DNA from: Heptranchias perlo
Lineage: Eukaryota
Length of the DNA: 64,000 nucleotides
Direction: 5' to 3'
Assembly: GCF_035084215.1 (NCBI RefSeq)
Contig: NC_090356.1
Location: 17,980,001 to 18,044,000 of the forward strand
Both the position numbers and the translations under genes were made by a program. How positions within the stretch are numbered: position 1 is the first letter of the stretch; every line of letters starts with the position of its first letter. Shown piece by piece: positions 53,837 through 64,000 of this stretch. The notes under the pieces are model-generated. The model did no database searches, had not been told where the DNA came from, and saw nothing but the letters and a program-made list of their open reading frames with translations.

Positions 53837-55166
53837 TGCATGTTGCACTTGTGCCGCCCCTGAAGATGATCACAGTCCAGGTATTTAATGTTCTTTTGCT
53901 TTTAAATAACTTAGAGTGCGGCACAACAGCCAAACATTCATACAGGAGATATTTGCGTTGAATTATATGCCCTGTTCCAATAATGTAACTTCTCATTTTC
54001 CTCTTCATGTACTGAAGATGAATAATGCCTTTTGCACTGGGCAGTAGGAGAGTCACTTTGAGTTGCACTCCCATTACTTTCAGTGAAAAACAAAATACTG
54101 AGGTGAGCTGTTCCTGTATCTCAATCATCCAACAGATTAAAGTGTTCCCAGCCATCTCCACATCAATGTTGTGGGGTTTCATTATCCTGAGCAGAAGTGG
54201 GACATTCCTACCTGAAAAATCACTAACAATCTTATCCCCCAATTCCCATATCATGTCACGAGTAAGTTCACTGTATAATATCTAGATACTACTTCAATTC
54301 TTGTTACTATACAATGTTTCACTATAAAGTGTACTTATCAGGGCTGAAGTTGTGAGTTAAGTTCACAATGCAGAGCCTTGTTAGAGATTAGGTCATTGAT
54401 AGGGAAGTGACAACACGACAGGGCTATAACACCATAATAGGGATATGTAATACTGTAGCCCACTTCTCGGACCTGCGCTCACCACTAGAGGCACTTGGTG
54501 CCTGCAGCAGAGCCTTGCAACTTTGGCTCAATTGTTTCTTGCTCATTCGTTCATCCTGGACAAACCTTAGGATAGACCCTTGGCCACTCCAGTAGTTTTA
54601 TGCCCTCTAAAGTTGTGATTTTTCCCTCACTCTGATCCTTTGTAAAAACTCAGACCACAGAATAGTCCCGTTTGTTGTTTTTTTTCCCCTCAGCAGCCAG
54701 GCCTTGTTTTCACAGAAGGAAAAGTTCTCAATCATTTCTGCTTTAGAAATGGCTGCTCCCAACCTGTGAAAGTTCAGCATTACCACTGACGTTTAGTGAC
54801 TTTCAGTACATTTTACAAATTAGGGGACGGATGCATGTCAGAAGTGGATAATATATATCCAGCAGCAGGCAGCTCGGGTTCAACCTATCTCCAGGACAGC
54901 CCAAACTCTGGAGAAATACAATACATTTCACTGGAGGATAAACATTTTGTACGCTGCAACATACACCATTGATGCTCCTGAGGTAGAGCTGTGTTGTGCT
55001 GCCAAGGATATCCGGTTCCACGGGTGTGAGTTGGATCCATAGCTCAAACCTTCCTGAGGATTTTATGGCAAAGTGGCTGCTTGAGGAAGGAAAGCTCCTG
55101 TCTACGGAACAGATTGAAGGAATGCTGGAATGTCAACAAAACCTCCCGAGGGGGCGGGAGGTTGGA

Positions 55167-55622
55167 GAAAGAAAGAGCTTTTATATAGTGCTTTTCACAA
55201 CCTAAGGATGCTCCAAAGCGCTTTACAACGAATGAAAGTGCTTTTGAAGTCTAGTCACTGTTGTACTGTAGGGAAACAAGGCAGCAAATTTGCACCAGCA
55301 AGGTCCCACAAACTATAATGAAATATTGACCAGATAACCTGTTTCTTAGTGATGTTGGTTGAGGGATAAATATTGTCCAGGACATCGGGGAGAACTCTCC
55401 GGTTCTTTGAATAGTGCCATAGGATCTTTTATGTCCACCTGAGAGGGCAGACAGGGCTTTGGTTTAACGTCTCAACCGAAAGACGGCACTTCTAATAGTG
55501 CAGCACTCCCTCAGTATTGCACTATGGTGTCAGCCTAGATTATGTGCTCAAGTCCCTGAAATGGGACTTGAACCCATGACCTTCTTACTCAGGTGAGAGT
55601 GCTACCACTGAGCCAAGGCTGA
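55167..55622 (-). mobile_element. DeuSINE (SacSINE1-like), near full length, in DDI2 intron 9
   Basis: gagagtgctaccactgagccaaggctg head; Deu core; tttatatagtgcttttcac tail. Confidence 0.83.
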
Positions 55623-55966
55623 GATCTTTGAAGAGACAACTAAAAGCAGCTAGCCACGTGTCCTCCAAAGGACACTGGGATTTAGGCTTCTTCTTTACTG
55701 TACTGCCGCTAGGGCTTGGATGGCCTTCATGATCAGCTTTGACATTAGGAGGCCACAAAACTAAATCACCTCCTCCAAAATTCTAGGCTTCCTGTCTGCT
55801 AGTGTGGCATATTTGAAACATATCTGTTCATTTGCACGGTTTTTCTGATTGATCAGTTGGATCCCAGTGAATGTTTCAATTTTTTTAACCTTTCTAACTC
55901 GATAAGAGTATTCTTTATTCACAAACTAACTGGGTATTCCATAAGCCCACCTGCTCACTGCAGTCT

Positions 55967-56382
55967 TCATAGAATAATAGAGCACAGAAGGAGGACATTT
56001 ACCCCAACGTGCCTGTGCCAGCTCTTTGAAAGAGCTATGTAATTAGTCCCACTCCCCTGCTCCTCCTCCATAGCCCTGCAAATTTTTCCTTTTCAAGTAT
56101 TTATCCAATTCATTTTTGAAAGTTACTATTGAATCTGCTTCCACCACCCTTTCAGGCACTGCATTCCTGATCATAACAACTTGCTGTGTAAAAAAAAGTT
56201 CTCCTCATCTCCCCTCTGATTCTTTTGCCAATTGTCTTACATCTGTGTTCTCCAGTTACCAACCCTCCTGCCAGTGAAAACAGTTTCTCCTTATTTACTC
56301 TTATCAAAACTCTTCCTAATTTTGAACACCTCTATTAAATTTCGCTTTAACCTCCTTTGCTCTAAGGAGAACAATCCCAGCT
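55967..56382 (-). mobile_element. CR1-type LINE 3' fragment
   Basis: catagaataatagagcacagaaggagg…catagccctgcaaattttt…ctctaaggagaacaatcccagc. Confidence 0.82.
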
Positions 56383-57106
56383 CACCAGTTGCTATATAAA
56401 GTTAGCACAGATGCATCAAGTTAACATGTTTTGAAAACTTTTGATTTAATGCCTGGTTTGTGGCTCCTTCAGTAGTCAAGAAATACATAAATCATCTGTA
56501 ACATTTTAGAAAACTTTTTATATTGTTTGCAGCATTACAAAGGAGTGATTACTGTGTGACACCCTAATAATAAGTAGTTTATGTACAATAACAAGGTGCA
56601 TTTTATAATAAGTGTTCCATAATCTAGTAATACATATTTCAGTGTGTGACTTTAAGGTCCAATATAGCTTCCACTTACCACATATACCGTCAGCTTTCAG
56701 GAAATGATGTCCTTGAGTAAGTTGGAGTAGTGTTGCTCGCTGACTACATGTAACTACGATTGAACTAAGCACCGTGCACTTGAACCCTCCTATTACAATG
56801 TCCTGGGTCAGTAGTTTTTGTTACCGGGGATCATCTTTTTTGAGGTCTGAGATCTCCAGGGACTATAATTGACTTCTGTTGTTTAACGAGAGGTCTTACT
56901 GAGGTTTAAACAAAGGAATTAAAATGTCATCTGTAAAAAGTGGTCATTGGCGTTGCTGTACCAGCAGCACGTGTACAACGCATAGAAACCATAGGACAAC
57001 AGAAGATAGCATTGGGACTGCTGTGTAATTTGGCTGTAAAATGGTTTGGAGTAAGATGTATGCATAGCTGTAATCTGGGATTCCATTTCCTTTTTCTTTG
57101 TTTTAG

Positions 57107-59160
57107 GAAAAGAAAATGGCAAAACTACCTCATTGGAAAGCCCTTCATTACCAGCACCTCATCATCTTCATCTCCCTCTTCCCATTACAAGAAGTGTCGT
57201 ATCTCAAGCCCCCCAAACCCAAAGTCAGTTGGACCGTTCGCTTTCCGTCCCTGCTAGCCTTCCTTCACAAAACCAGAACAAATCTGAATTTACAGGTGCA
57301 AAAAGCCTTCAGATCCCTGAATGCATGGAAATACAGGCAGAAAAACAGACACTGTTAGGACCTTTGGACAACCTGTTGACTCCTCTGTCCCCTCAGAGTC
57401 TGTCTGCTCCTTCTCAGGCGTCATTAGGAAAAAAGCACATACCACCGTATGAAAACATCCATAGCAGCTCACAAAACCCTTTGAAACATCCAACTTCAGA
57501 TACTGACTATGAGTCTCTGCCAAAACGTGTCTTGCCAGACATGAGTCCACATGAGGTTGGCATGGAAAAGAGTGATGTCACACAGGAAGACTATTCTCTT
57601 CTAAATGTAAGAACAAAACCCCAGCAGGAAAGCCTAGACAAAGAAAGTTCGGATTTGGAGGAGCCACCAATAAGAAAAGTTGGAGAGCTTTCTTCAACTG
57701 TACAACCAAATACTGATTCTGTATTTGATCTGGGTGTAGCTGACAGATCAATCCAAGCAGCCTCACCTGAACTGGGTTTTGGCAATGGTTCTTCTAACAT
57801 TGATGAAGTGCAGCAGCCCACTGAAACTGGAAAGGGGATTGATGATCCAGATATCCACCTGCAGCAAATCACTGAGCCATCAGACATGGATCTTGAAATA
57901 GATGAAAAAGATCTGTGTAGCTGTCAAAAGAAAATTGAAGCTGGTGAAAAACCATCATCTGATTCTTTAACTGGGAACATTGAGTTCTGTGATGCTGAAA
58001 TTGTAAACTCTACAGAGCAGCAGGTAGAGGAGATTAGACATGCAGGAGCAACAAGGACAGACAGCAGTGGTCAAAAGGAGGGGAAAGTCCATATTTCAGA
58101 TCAGGAATTTGAGGATGAACATTTAAGTTCAAACGTCTTCATTCCTCAGATGGATAGGCCAGTTAAGTTTACGAGCGGCTACACGAGAGAAAAGTCTGAT
58201 GTTGCCCTTGATGCTGATGAAAAGCATGAAGAGGTACATTTGTTTACTGAGATTAAACCGTCTTCCTATCAGCAGGATCAGGCATCAGACTCTGATCTGT
58301 ACGATTCACACCTCTCCCCTGTAGCTACTTTATTTGAACTGCATCGAGAGTTATTCACGTCTTGTCAGGGAGCTTCCTTGAAGATATCAGCCAATTCAGA
58401 GAACAACTGTCAGTCAGAAGTAACAAATCAGGAAGAACGTGTTCAACCAATGGAAGTGTCTGAAGAATGTTCAGATAGTGACGCCTTGAGCAGGATGTGT
58501 GTCAGTGCAGAACTGGAACCTGATAGTGTGGAAATGGAAAAAGAACCTTTGTTAACAGCTAATCCTGAAATTTTTTCTCAAAGAGACAACAGTGTGGAGT
58601 GCTGCAATATATTTACAGAAAAACTAACTTCAGATGTGACTCAAGATGAATCTGAGGAGGTTTTTGTACAAGAAACGAAGGATGAGGCTGCAGATTCTTT
58701 TATTCTTGTGTCCAAGGATCTAACAAATGAAATGGAAGTTTCCCCCGCTGAGGAATCGTTGGAAACCCAAGCATTATCAGTAAAGAGTAGGGTACATACA
58801 CCTGACACTACAGCAGCTGAAAGCAGCCAGATGTCTCAAAGTACTGAGACACATTTGCAGGTGATGATAGATAATGTAGTCTGTTCTTCAGAGGTCCCAG
58901 AGGTTTCAGCTGCTCCGATGATGTGGGAAGAGACCATGGAAGCAGACATAAATCAGCCTGATAGACATTCTTTGGATAGTTCTCTAGAACTGTGTCCTCC
59001 AGCTTTATCAACCCACACTTTCCCAGCTGCAAATGTTGAACGAATAAGAAGATCAGGATTTACTCAGCAAGAAGCAGTGGAGGCCCTTGAACGTTGTCAT
59101 GGCAATACAGATCTGGCTCTTCTGGTTCTCCTTGCCAGAAGAATTGTGGTTCCTGTCTGA
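57107..59160 (+). CDS. RSC1A1: RSC1A1-like (RS1) coding exon: long acidic Ser/Glu-rich disordered region plus C-terminal UBA; probably terminal exon of a long DDI2 isoform
   Basis: Open frame 57109-59160; C-terminus FPAANVERIRRSGFTQQEAVEALERCHGNTDLALLVLLARRIVVPV matches the recalled RSC1A1 UBA (…AGFTLQEALGALHRVGGNADLALLVLLAKNIVVPT); lies downstream of DDI2 as in mammals; strong acceptor tttttctttgttttag| at 57106. Confidence 0.9.
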
Positions 59161-60017
59161 AGCTGTCCAATTAGAGTCAGTAGGACAGTAATGAGCTGGC
59201 ACTGTTTAGACATCTGGGCCTACAAATGGGTGTATCTGTTACTCGAAAGAAAGCAAGTTTCAGTCAGAATCATTATTTTTGGATAGTGTTGGAAATAACC
59301 TGTTTTAACTGTTGATATCATCTGTCACTGGCAAAATGATTTTTGTGGTCAAGTTACAGCAACATTAGTATTCGTGTTTTCAGTGCCATTCTGGAGTTAT
59401 TAATCCACTCCACAATATTCAACGGTATCCCGTAACCCAACCAATACAAGTCTATTTAAATATCGGCCCTAAAGCTGTTTAGAATTATAACTGCCTACAA
59501 TTTTTAATTGAATATTCTCAAAGCTGGTTTGGAGCAGCAAGGAGAAGGAAGGACAAAAGTGGCAGGTTTGAATCCTTGGAAGATGATCTACGTGTACATA
59601 CAGTATTCATGGTGGAATCATGTTAGATTTACAATTTGTGCAAGGTCAGTAATTGTCTACATTAGATTTGGGGGTTTGTTTTGGTGTTAGGTTTAACCTT
59701 AGGGAGAATTGGAAAGTCTCTATCATGTTTCCTCCATAAAGATTAGAGTTCATGTATCTCACCTTCTGAGTACACAAATTTTTAGAATTCTTTTACTCTT
59801 TTATAGCCTTTGTCAAACCTGACACAGCAACACCACCTCTGCTGGACATTTGTCTTGTGAAATTGAGGCACATTCAGTATTCACAGTTGGCAAAAATTGT
59901 TTTACGAAGGTGTTTGTGCTATTTTTTTCTTAAGCGACAGTAGTGATGCTGCTGTAATCTTCAATGGCTGCTTAGTGCAACCTCTGGTCTTTGATTTTCT
60001 CTTTTTTTAAACCAAAT

Positions 60018-60023
60018 AATAAA
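60018..60023 (+). terminator. Probable polyadenylation signal for the DDI2/RSC1A1 transcript (AATAAA)
   Basis: AATAAA ~860 nt after the RSC1A1-frame stop, followed by GT-rich ggttttgtgtc. Confidence 0.55.
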
Positions 60024-60444
60024 AAAAAGTTATTGCCAAACAAAATACTGGTTTTGTGTCGACTGATGGTAATACTTAAGAAGCTATCTCTCTGAAGAAG
60101 GACAGAAGTTTGAACTGTTTCTTGCCTCTAAAAATTGATTTCAGCCAAAGGTGCACTGACGAAGGAGCACTTTAGTGAGTAGAGGGTGGCGGAAGGGAAC
60201 TATGCCGTAAGTAAACCTTGATTCCATACTGCCATAGAAACCTCTGAGGCTATTCAAGGCCATAGTCTGGAGTCTCTGAGTCAGAATTTCTTCTTAAAAG
60301 CTGTTCAAAAGAATTATGTTTCTTCATTTGGATTCTGTACATACCAGTTGGGATAAGCTGACCTTACTGACTGGGCGACTCACATCAGTGATGCTCTCTT
60401 ATGAGAAGGTTTTTGACACAGATTTTGCCAGGCATCCCTGATAG

Positions 60445-60812
60445 CCTAGTCGGTACCAAGCCATACAGACAAGTGGATTCCAGGTTCAATCGCTGGTTTC
60501 TGCCGAGTTTGCTGATCTTAACTGGGGCAACAGTTGGGATACTGCAACTGGCTTCAGTGATCCTAAGACTAGGAAGGAGAAAATTAGGTCGGGTTGCTGC
60601 TCCTGATCACTGTCCACTGAGCGTTGTTCAAAAGTGTATGTATGTGGACATCAAAATAGGATCCCACTTGTCTCTGATGGACTTCATAGTCCAGTAGCCT
60701 GCCTAAACTCACCTGTCCAGATCGCCACATGAAGAATGACCACATGGGTGTGGTACCGGAGAGCGTCTACCCCCTTGGATCTGTATTCCAGCAAATGTTT
60801 GTGCCTTCGAGG
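60445..60812 (+). mobile_element. SINE-like repeat (family B), comparatively well preserved
   Basis: ccaggttcaatcgctggtttctgccgagtttgctgatct…cacatgaagaatgaccac…gtaccggag. Confidence 0.65.
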
Positions 60813-60924
60813 AGTTATATTTCTTCATTGCATCCCTCACATTCACTTGGATAAGCCAAGCTTACCAATAGGGAGGATCACATGTGCTTTCTGATATAGA
60901 TTATGCTAATGGAACATCACCAAA

Positions 60925-61290
60925 GGGGTATGAGCTATAAGGAAAACCTAAGACAACTCAGTCTCCACAGTCTAGGGAGAAAATGGCTATGGGAGAACCC
61001 TCCTGAAGTACAAGAAATATTAAATGGCTTGGATAAGGTTAAAATAATGCTGCTTAATGGGACCAGAAGTCACAAATATAAATTAATGGAAAATAAATGT
61101 AAATCTAATAACAAAACAAACTTCTTCACACAAAGGGGAAAGGTTTCTGACAGTCCCAGGCCGGGAAGGAGAAACATATATTCTAGGTGGTTAAAACATA
61201 GCTGGATGCCAGGCTGGGACAGTTGAAGGCTGGAAGGGTGAGCTTTGGCCACATGTTTTTTTCTCATTCTTGACTATTCTTTTGTTCTTA
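60925..61290 (+). mobile_element. Highly degraded CR1 3' fragment
   Basis: MSYKENLRQLSLHSL…TRSHKYKL…NFFTQR. Confidence 0.55.
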
Positions 61291-62114
61291 TGACCTCTCA
61301 CCTGACACACATAAAGGTGCCTTCATCAATAACAGACTGTCATATTATTCTAGCCAGCTTGAGGTTTTCCTGAGAATTACTTTGGAAACTTGCCATTTCT
61401 TTTTAGTTTCTAAAGCTAACAAATAATAATGCTTTTGAAATATTACATGTCAATTTGAATACTGCTTTAAACATCAGTGAGGGTATTCACAATCTGGAAG
61501 AGAACCTTAATGATTCCAAAAAGACATGGTAAGTATACCCATCTAATATGCCTTAACCTCTATCTGAGAGATGGGAAGATTATCTATAGTGTGAGGGAAT
61601 GATCTTCAAAGATCATTGCACTAGATGGGATCAGCCAGGGAGAATTCAGAGTGAATCAGAATTAAACTTTTGTACCTACTATATTAAAGCTGAACAAGTC
61701 ATGCTCCTTCTAGGACTGATTCCCTGACATCTTGATATCAGTTAATACCAAACATCAGCTCTGTATCTCCATTTATTGGTCATAAGTTAGCTTTTGCATC
61801 AAAGACCCTAAGTTTCTCTGCACCAGTTTTTACTAGGCCACAAAGACCCAAATTGAATTTTTTAAAAATGCTAAGTGTCAAGTAGCTATTGTGATTTGGA
61901 GGTTGTCATGAATATCGAATGCCATTGACAGTTGGCTTCAGTGTCACCAAGTCATTAGTACCCTTGACAATGGCTTTTCTTGACCAATGCCATTGGTTGA
62001 CTCAGATTCATGAACAACATTGTTGATGTTATGATGCAGTCATTGATGTATTATAATGGTCATTGTGTATTAGGATTTGTCTTGGCTTGTCTGCATGTGA
62101 AATCAAGGACAACA

Positions 62115-63870
62115 CTAAAGATTTTTACAAATATATTAAGAGAAAGGGTGGCTAAGAGTAATGTGGGCCCCTTAATGACACATGCAGGTGATATTGTAAT
62201 TGGAAATCAGAAAATGGCAGACTTGCTAAATAGCTACTTTCTATCAGTCTTCACAATAGAGAATGAGGGATAAAATACCAGAGATACAAGGAAAAGTAAA
62301 AATAGGGGAGGAACTAACTAGATTCAATATAAATTTTTAAATGGTGATGGAGAAACTAATGAGATTAAAGATGGGCAAATCTCCAGGACCTGATGGTTTC
62401 CGCCCCAGGGTATTAAAAGAAGTAGGTGAGGAAATTGTTGATGCATTAGTCATGATCTTCCAAACCCAAAAGGAATTGTCCCTTTGGATTGGAAAATTGC
62501 CAATGTCACTCCACTATTTAAGAAGGGTAAGAGAGATATACTAGGAAATTATAGGCCTATTAGTCTAATGTCAGTTGTGGGGAAGTTACTAGAATCTGTT
62601 ATTAGGGGCAGAGTGACTGAGCATTTGGGCAAATATGAGCTGATCAGAGACAGTCAGCATGGATTTGTAAAGGGTACATCATGTCTAATGAACCGAGTTG
62701 AATTTTTTGAGGAGGTAACTAACGTGGTGGATAAAGGGGTGTCTATGGATGTTATTTATACGAACTTCCAGAAGGCACTGTACTAGGTTCCACATAAGAG
62801 ACTGTTAACAAAAATGAGAGTGCATGGAATTGGAGGCAACCTATTGGCTTAGATAGGGAATTGGTTAGGAGGTAGGAGACAGCGGGTAGGGATAATGGGT
62901 ATGTTCTCAAATTGGCAGGATGTGACTAGTGGTGTCCCCCAGGGATCTGTACTGGGGACGCAGCTTTTCACTATATTTATAAATGACTTGGATGAAGGAA
63001 TAGAGTGCTGTATATCTAAGTTTGATGACAACACGAAGTTAGATGGCACATTAAAAAGTGTAGATGGGAGCAGAAAGTTGCTAAGGGACACTGATAGATA
63101 AGTGAGTGGGCAAAACTTTGGCAGATGGATTTCAATGTGGGAAAGTGTGAGGTCATCCACTTTGGACCTAAGAAAGATAGATCCGAGTATTTTCCAAATG
63201 ACAAGAAGCTAGGAACTGGATGAGCAGAGAGATTATGGGGTCGAAGTACAGAAATCACCAAAAGCTAGTGGATAGGAACAAAAAATAATTTAAAAGGCTA
63301 ATGGATGTTGGCCTTTATCTCAAAAGAGCTGGTGTACAGGGGGGTGGAAGTTATATTACAGCTGTACAGAGCTCTGGTTAGACCCCATCTGGAGTACTGC
63401 ATTCATTTCTGGGCACTGCACCTCAGGAAGGTTGTATTGGCCAGAATGATTCCGGGGCTGAAAGAGTTAAGTTATGAGGACAGGTTACATGGACTAGGCT
63501 TCTGTTCCCTTGAATATGGAAGATTAAGGGGTGATCTAATTGAGGTGTTTAAGAATATTAAAGGATTTGTTGGGGTAGATATAGAGAAACTATTTCCTCT
63601 GATGGGAGAGTCCAGAACAAGGGGGCATAACTTTAAAATTAGAGCTGGGCATTCAGGATGATCTCAGAAAGCACCTCACACAATTCTCTCCCTCAAAAAG
63701 CTGATGAGGCTAGGTCAACGGAAAATTTCAAAACTGAGATTGATAGATTTGTGTATGGCAAGGGTATTAAGGGTTATGGAACCAAGGCGAGTAGCTGGAG
63801 TTAAGGTACAGATCAGCCATGATCCAATTGAATGGTTGAACAGGCTCGAGGACCTACTCCTGATCCTATT
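62115..63870 (+). mobile_element. CR1-type LINE, degraded RT domain and 3'UTR
   Basis: KSPGPDGFRPRVLKE, DWKIANVTPLFKKG…[16 protein letters not shown]…ISKFDD, LYRALVRPHLEYC. Confidence 0.9.
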
Positions 63871-64000
63871 GCTTTCGGCCTTGATTTTTCAGGAGTCCCA
63901 CCTCTGTTTTCAGGATCTCCTGGTGAAGTCTACAACTTTATTCAAGCAAATTTGGACACTGGGCACTCCCAAAGTAGCGCTTCTGGTAGACAGGTCAGTT

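Noticed and set aside
53808-54254. 148-aa minus-strand ORF antisense to DDI2 exon 9
   Set aside because: Non-ATG start, no recognisable domain or splice context; consistent with a chance ORF.
54800-55140. Possible very old RTE-like LINE remnant or cryptic exon in DDI2 intron 9
   Set aside because: Similarity too weak to support by eye, and no convincing splice-site pair.
57133-57135. TTG start for a stand-alone 675-aa RSC1A1 protein as shown in the ORF track
   Set aside because: TTG is not a plausible vertebrate start here; the frame is open back to the splice acceptor at 57106 and the first ATG is at 57325.
60155-60190. ctgacgaaggagcac resembling a hammerhead core (CUGANGA)
   Set aside because: No closing stem II complement or GAAA follows.

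Overview
This is eukaryotic (vertebrate) genomic DNA, most likely a cartilaginous fish (shark), judging from its repeat content: DeuSINE/SacSINE1-like SINEs, CR1/HER1-like LINEs and Penelope remnants. Three complete multi-exon genes can be assembled by hand with canonical GT-AG junctions and consistent phases. CASP9 is on the minus strand (9 coding exons, 16659->342, 415 aa). DDOST/OST48 is on the plus strand (11 coding exons, 20695-38430, ~445 aa). DDI2 is on the plus strand (9 coding exons, 40674-53836, ~408 aa) and is followed by a 2-kb RSC1A1-like coding exon (57107-59160) ending in a UBA domain. The most striking observation is that the RSC1A1-like ORF has no good start codon of its own but is exactly in frame with DDI2 exon 8. 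The 61-nt stop-containing DDI2 exon 9 has three RBFOX (TGCATG) motifs in repressive positions (two just upstream, one inside it). This suggests a regulated splice switch between short DDI2 (UBL-HDD-RVP-UIM) and a ~1,090-aa DDI2-RSC1A1 protein restoring the yeast Ddi1-type C-terminal UBA. The introns hold many LINE/SINE fragments, including nested insertions with target-site duplications. Most short ORFs in the track are repeat-derived or spurious. Repeat boundaries are approximate and family names rest on recalled motifs, not a database search.
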